Positions 61,351-64,000 of a DNA stretch of 64,000 nt are shown here, one piece after another; position 1 is the first letter of the stretch, and each line of letters begins with the position of its first letter. This DNA comes from Tricharina praecox (taxonomy: Eukaryota): positions 744,001-808,000 of the forward strand of contig NW_026250418.1 in assembly GCF_024521635.1 (NCBI RefSeq), written 5' to 3'. The position numbers and the translations under genes are program-made. The notes below the pieces were generated by a model, which had not been told where the DNA came from, made no database searches, and was given only the letters and a program-made list of their open reading frames with translations.

Positions 61351-61778
61351 TTTTCTTCTTCTTCTTTTTCTTTCTGGGTCGCCGAGGGATACGGTATCGG
61401 TTCGAGGGGAGTGCTAGCAAGCAGAGTTCCGGGTTGGAGTTTTATTGTCTTTATGTTATGTTACGGGGACGAGGACGGACATGCGTTGGGGAGGGGAGGG
61501 GGGCAGCCAATTCACATCCCCCACACGGGAGGAGGAGGAGGTCATAAGCCGCTCGTGTGTAGATGGAAACATGAGCATAATGAAGGGCTGTGAACATGGA
61601 TACCACCTTGCCCGAGGCCCCGGTAGTACAAGGCCGGTTCGAAGGTGCAATCAAGGGCTACTACCGTAGTAACTAGGATGGCACGAGGGGCATTATGCGC
61701 GTCAGCTCGATCATATAAAACGTTTACAACGTTGATGGTTGTGTCGGACAGATGTCCTGGCATCTCGTCAGGTCTCGG

Positions 61779-61920
61779 GAGATGGGCGTACAGAAGAACA
61801 TTCCTCCACGCGAGGAGTCCACTACTGAGTCTTCTACAGAGATGGGAGTACAAACGAATTCTCCACGCGAGGATTCTGCTACTATACAGATGGGCGTACA
61901 GAAAGAATCTTCCACGCGGG
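61779..61920. repeat. Three diverged direct repeats (GATGGG(C/A)GTACA..TCCACGCG), spaced 60 and 48 nt
   Basis: GATGGG units start at 61781, 61841 and 61889. Confidence 0.8.
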
Positions 61921-62393
61921 GTCCACGTGGAATCTGGATGCATGACATGCAGGAACTCTTACTACATATTGCCATTGCTTACCCACAGCGCAATACTATA
62001 TACGCAATATACCTACGCAATATATGCACCCACACCATCTACGGAGCGGGATTGCGCTTCCAGAACACTTCGCACTGCCACCGCTCGCATCTATCGTGCA
62101 ACCAGGTCGGTATGCATAACTAGGAAGCGCAACTGCAATATGGTTGAATGCCGCCGCTCACATGGCGCTCACATGGCGCTCACATGTCCGTCCTTCTCGG
62201 CCCGCATGCATGGCGCATGGCGAGACAAATACAGAAGCTTGGGCAATACGATCGATGTCTGTGGCTTCGCTCCGCCCCATCTCGACGCCGGTAAAAGTGC
62301 TCCTCAAAAACGGAAAATCACGCAGAGATCATCATCGTCATGTGGTATGCGCTGACATGACGGGCCTAATTACGGTGCCGAGGGCTGTGAAAT

Positions 62394-62441
62394 GGAACGG
62401 TGAGACGGAACGGTGAGACGGAACGGTGAGACGGAACGGTG
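62394..62441. repeat. 13-bp tandem repeat GGAACGGTGAGAC x3.7
   Basis: Three perfect units plus a partial unit. Confidence 0.9.
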
Positions 62442-64000
62442 TTGTAGGTATCATACGGTGGGATGATGACGGGTAGGTTTGTAGTAAGTCCTACATACCT
62501 CATACCTGTAGGATAACCATTGTACCAAGTCAATCGAGCGTTTGGGGATGAGCCTGCTTTCGCTATGTGGGCGTTTCTGCGTGCGGAGAAGAGCAGTCTC
62601 CGAGCTGGCAACCCAGCCGGAAAACGACTGAAGACAAGGGTGCATGTTGTTTGTATTTAGATACAGGCATTTTTTGTAGGCATACCTATAACCATGTCCG
62701 GTCCGGTGACACCTGGAGCACTATGAATCGCGCGTTATTGCGATACAATACGCACGTGTGTGGGTACATATCAGAACTCATCAGAGGAGGGAGATAACTA
62801 CCGGTATACTTGCGGATATATAGTCGGTACGACGAGATCTGCTGGTTAGTTACCGAGAAAGTGCAGTTCTCGAGAGCAGAATCCGAACGGAACCCACCCC
62901 CGCAGTCTACTCCCCACCCCCGCAAAATAGATTGGAAGGCGGGGAAAGCATGCAAGCAGCAGGAGCGGTCGCGGGGTGTGGAGTGTTTAGCGCGAAAAGA
63001 ATACTCCGCGGCTATCGGTTGATTGTGTCGTGTACCGTACCTGCCTATCCGTGTGCAGCCGCAGGAGACAGACAGACAGGGGCAGGCAAAGTGCAGGCAC
63101 AATGCACACACAAACACGTGTCACAGAACATTCCATGCGTGCGGTCCAAGAACCCATTGCATGCAAGGCACCGATAACGTCACCGCAAACACCCAGCATC
63201 ACGAGCAGGTGGAACCACCTGGCAGACATGGACAGTTACCAGTAGCACATAGGTCGATACGTGGAATTCCAGTACCAGCTGCTGGGGTCGGGCCGAGCGC
63301 GGTCGCGGTCGCGGGAAATCGTGGCGCCTCGATTGGGCGGCCCTGCGAGGGTTCATCCCAGTGACACACGCTAGCCGGTCGCGGCCACGCGAATAACCCG
63401 AGCGGATAGGCGGACTGTACCACACTGGACTACTAGTATAGAGTACCATACCGCAGAGTCCGCAACTCAAACGGTTGTAGATTCGTAAGGCACATGGCCT
63501 TTTCCCCTGATCCTTCCATCCACCCACCTACTCACACACACCCGACTGTCGCTTCGCCTCAAACGTGGCCGAACCGACAGATGGCTGACTGGATGGCTGA
63601 CAGCCTGACTGGATGGATGGCCTGCCGGTCGCTCCTGCTAATTTCGTCAGAACATGGTGCTGCAAAGTCGGGAGCTCCTGAATCTTCATGCATGCCGGCG
63701 GTGGGTGGAGAGATATGCCGTGATGGGTGAGCTGGGAGATGAGGGGGGTGAGGGAGGGGCATGGTGAGGGGAGGAAGAGGGGGAGGGCATTCTAGGACCG
63801 CAACCATGCGCTGCTTCATATCGCACCTCATCTTGCACCTCAGGAGTCGGACAGTACTCCGGTCCCAATGGTGTCCCGCAACCCAGTACCAGCACACGCT
63901 ACATCCCAGCGTGCTGGACGACAGCCTGCGCAGTGGTGTATCCGGACTCATTGCAGGAAGGCAGGTCTTCTCATATCCTGGCAGTCCGGCTTGCAACTTT

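Noticed and set aside
61779..62441. Direct repeats considered as a CRISPR-like array
   Set aside because: Eukaryotic context, few diverged or contiguous units, no unique spacers and no cas genes.

Overview
Intron-containing genomic DNA of a filamentous ascomycete (short GT-AG introns with CTRAC/CTAAC branch points). A Pezizomycetes origin is possible but is only my impression. The window holds about 18 protein genes. Conserved genes are PAN2 (5' part), an Rsm1/Pml39-like C3HC protein, MET22, an aldo-keto reductase, MET10, NCR1/NPC1, BUD22, a YRB30-like Ran-binding protein and a Tag1/DUF3712-like protein. Accessory genes are a MYND protein, a multi-pass membrane protein, a Kelch type-I membrane protein, an F-box-like orphan, a secreted EEP-jacalin fusion, a secreted SMP-30-like propeller and a stand-alone secreted CBM21. 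Mobile DNA includes an ORF-intact hAT transposase, a 470-bp hAT-type MITE, a PIF/Harbinger (Tourist-like) MITE with a duplicated arm, a Tc1/mariner relic, and Copia and Gypsy gag relics. The most interesting signal is absent from the ORF track: a spliced 55-aa microprotein gene (18260-18499) with a metallothionein-like CxCGxxCxCC motif followed by a CaaX box (CTIM). It is a candidate a-factor-like lipopeptide precursor or a prenylated metal-binding peptide. All family calls come from motif recognition by eye, and exon structures are hand-derived; no searches were run.
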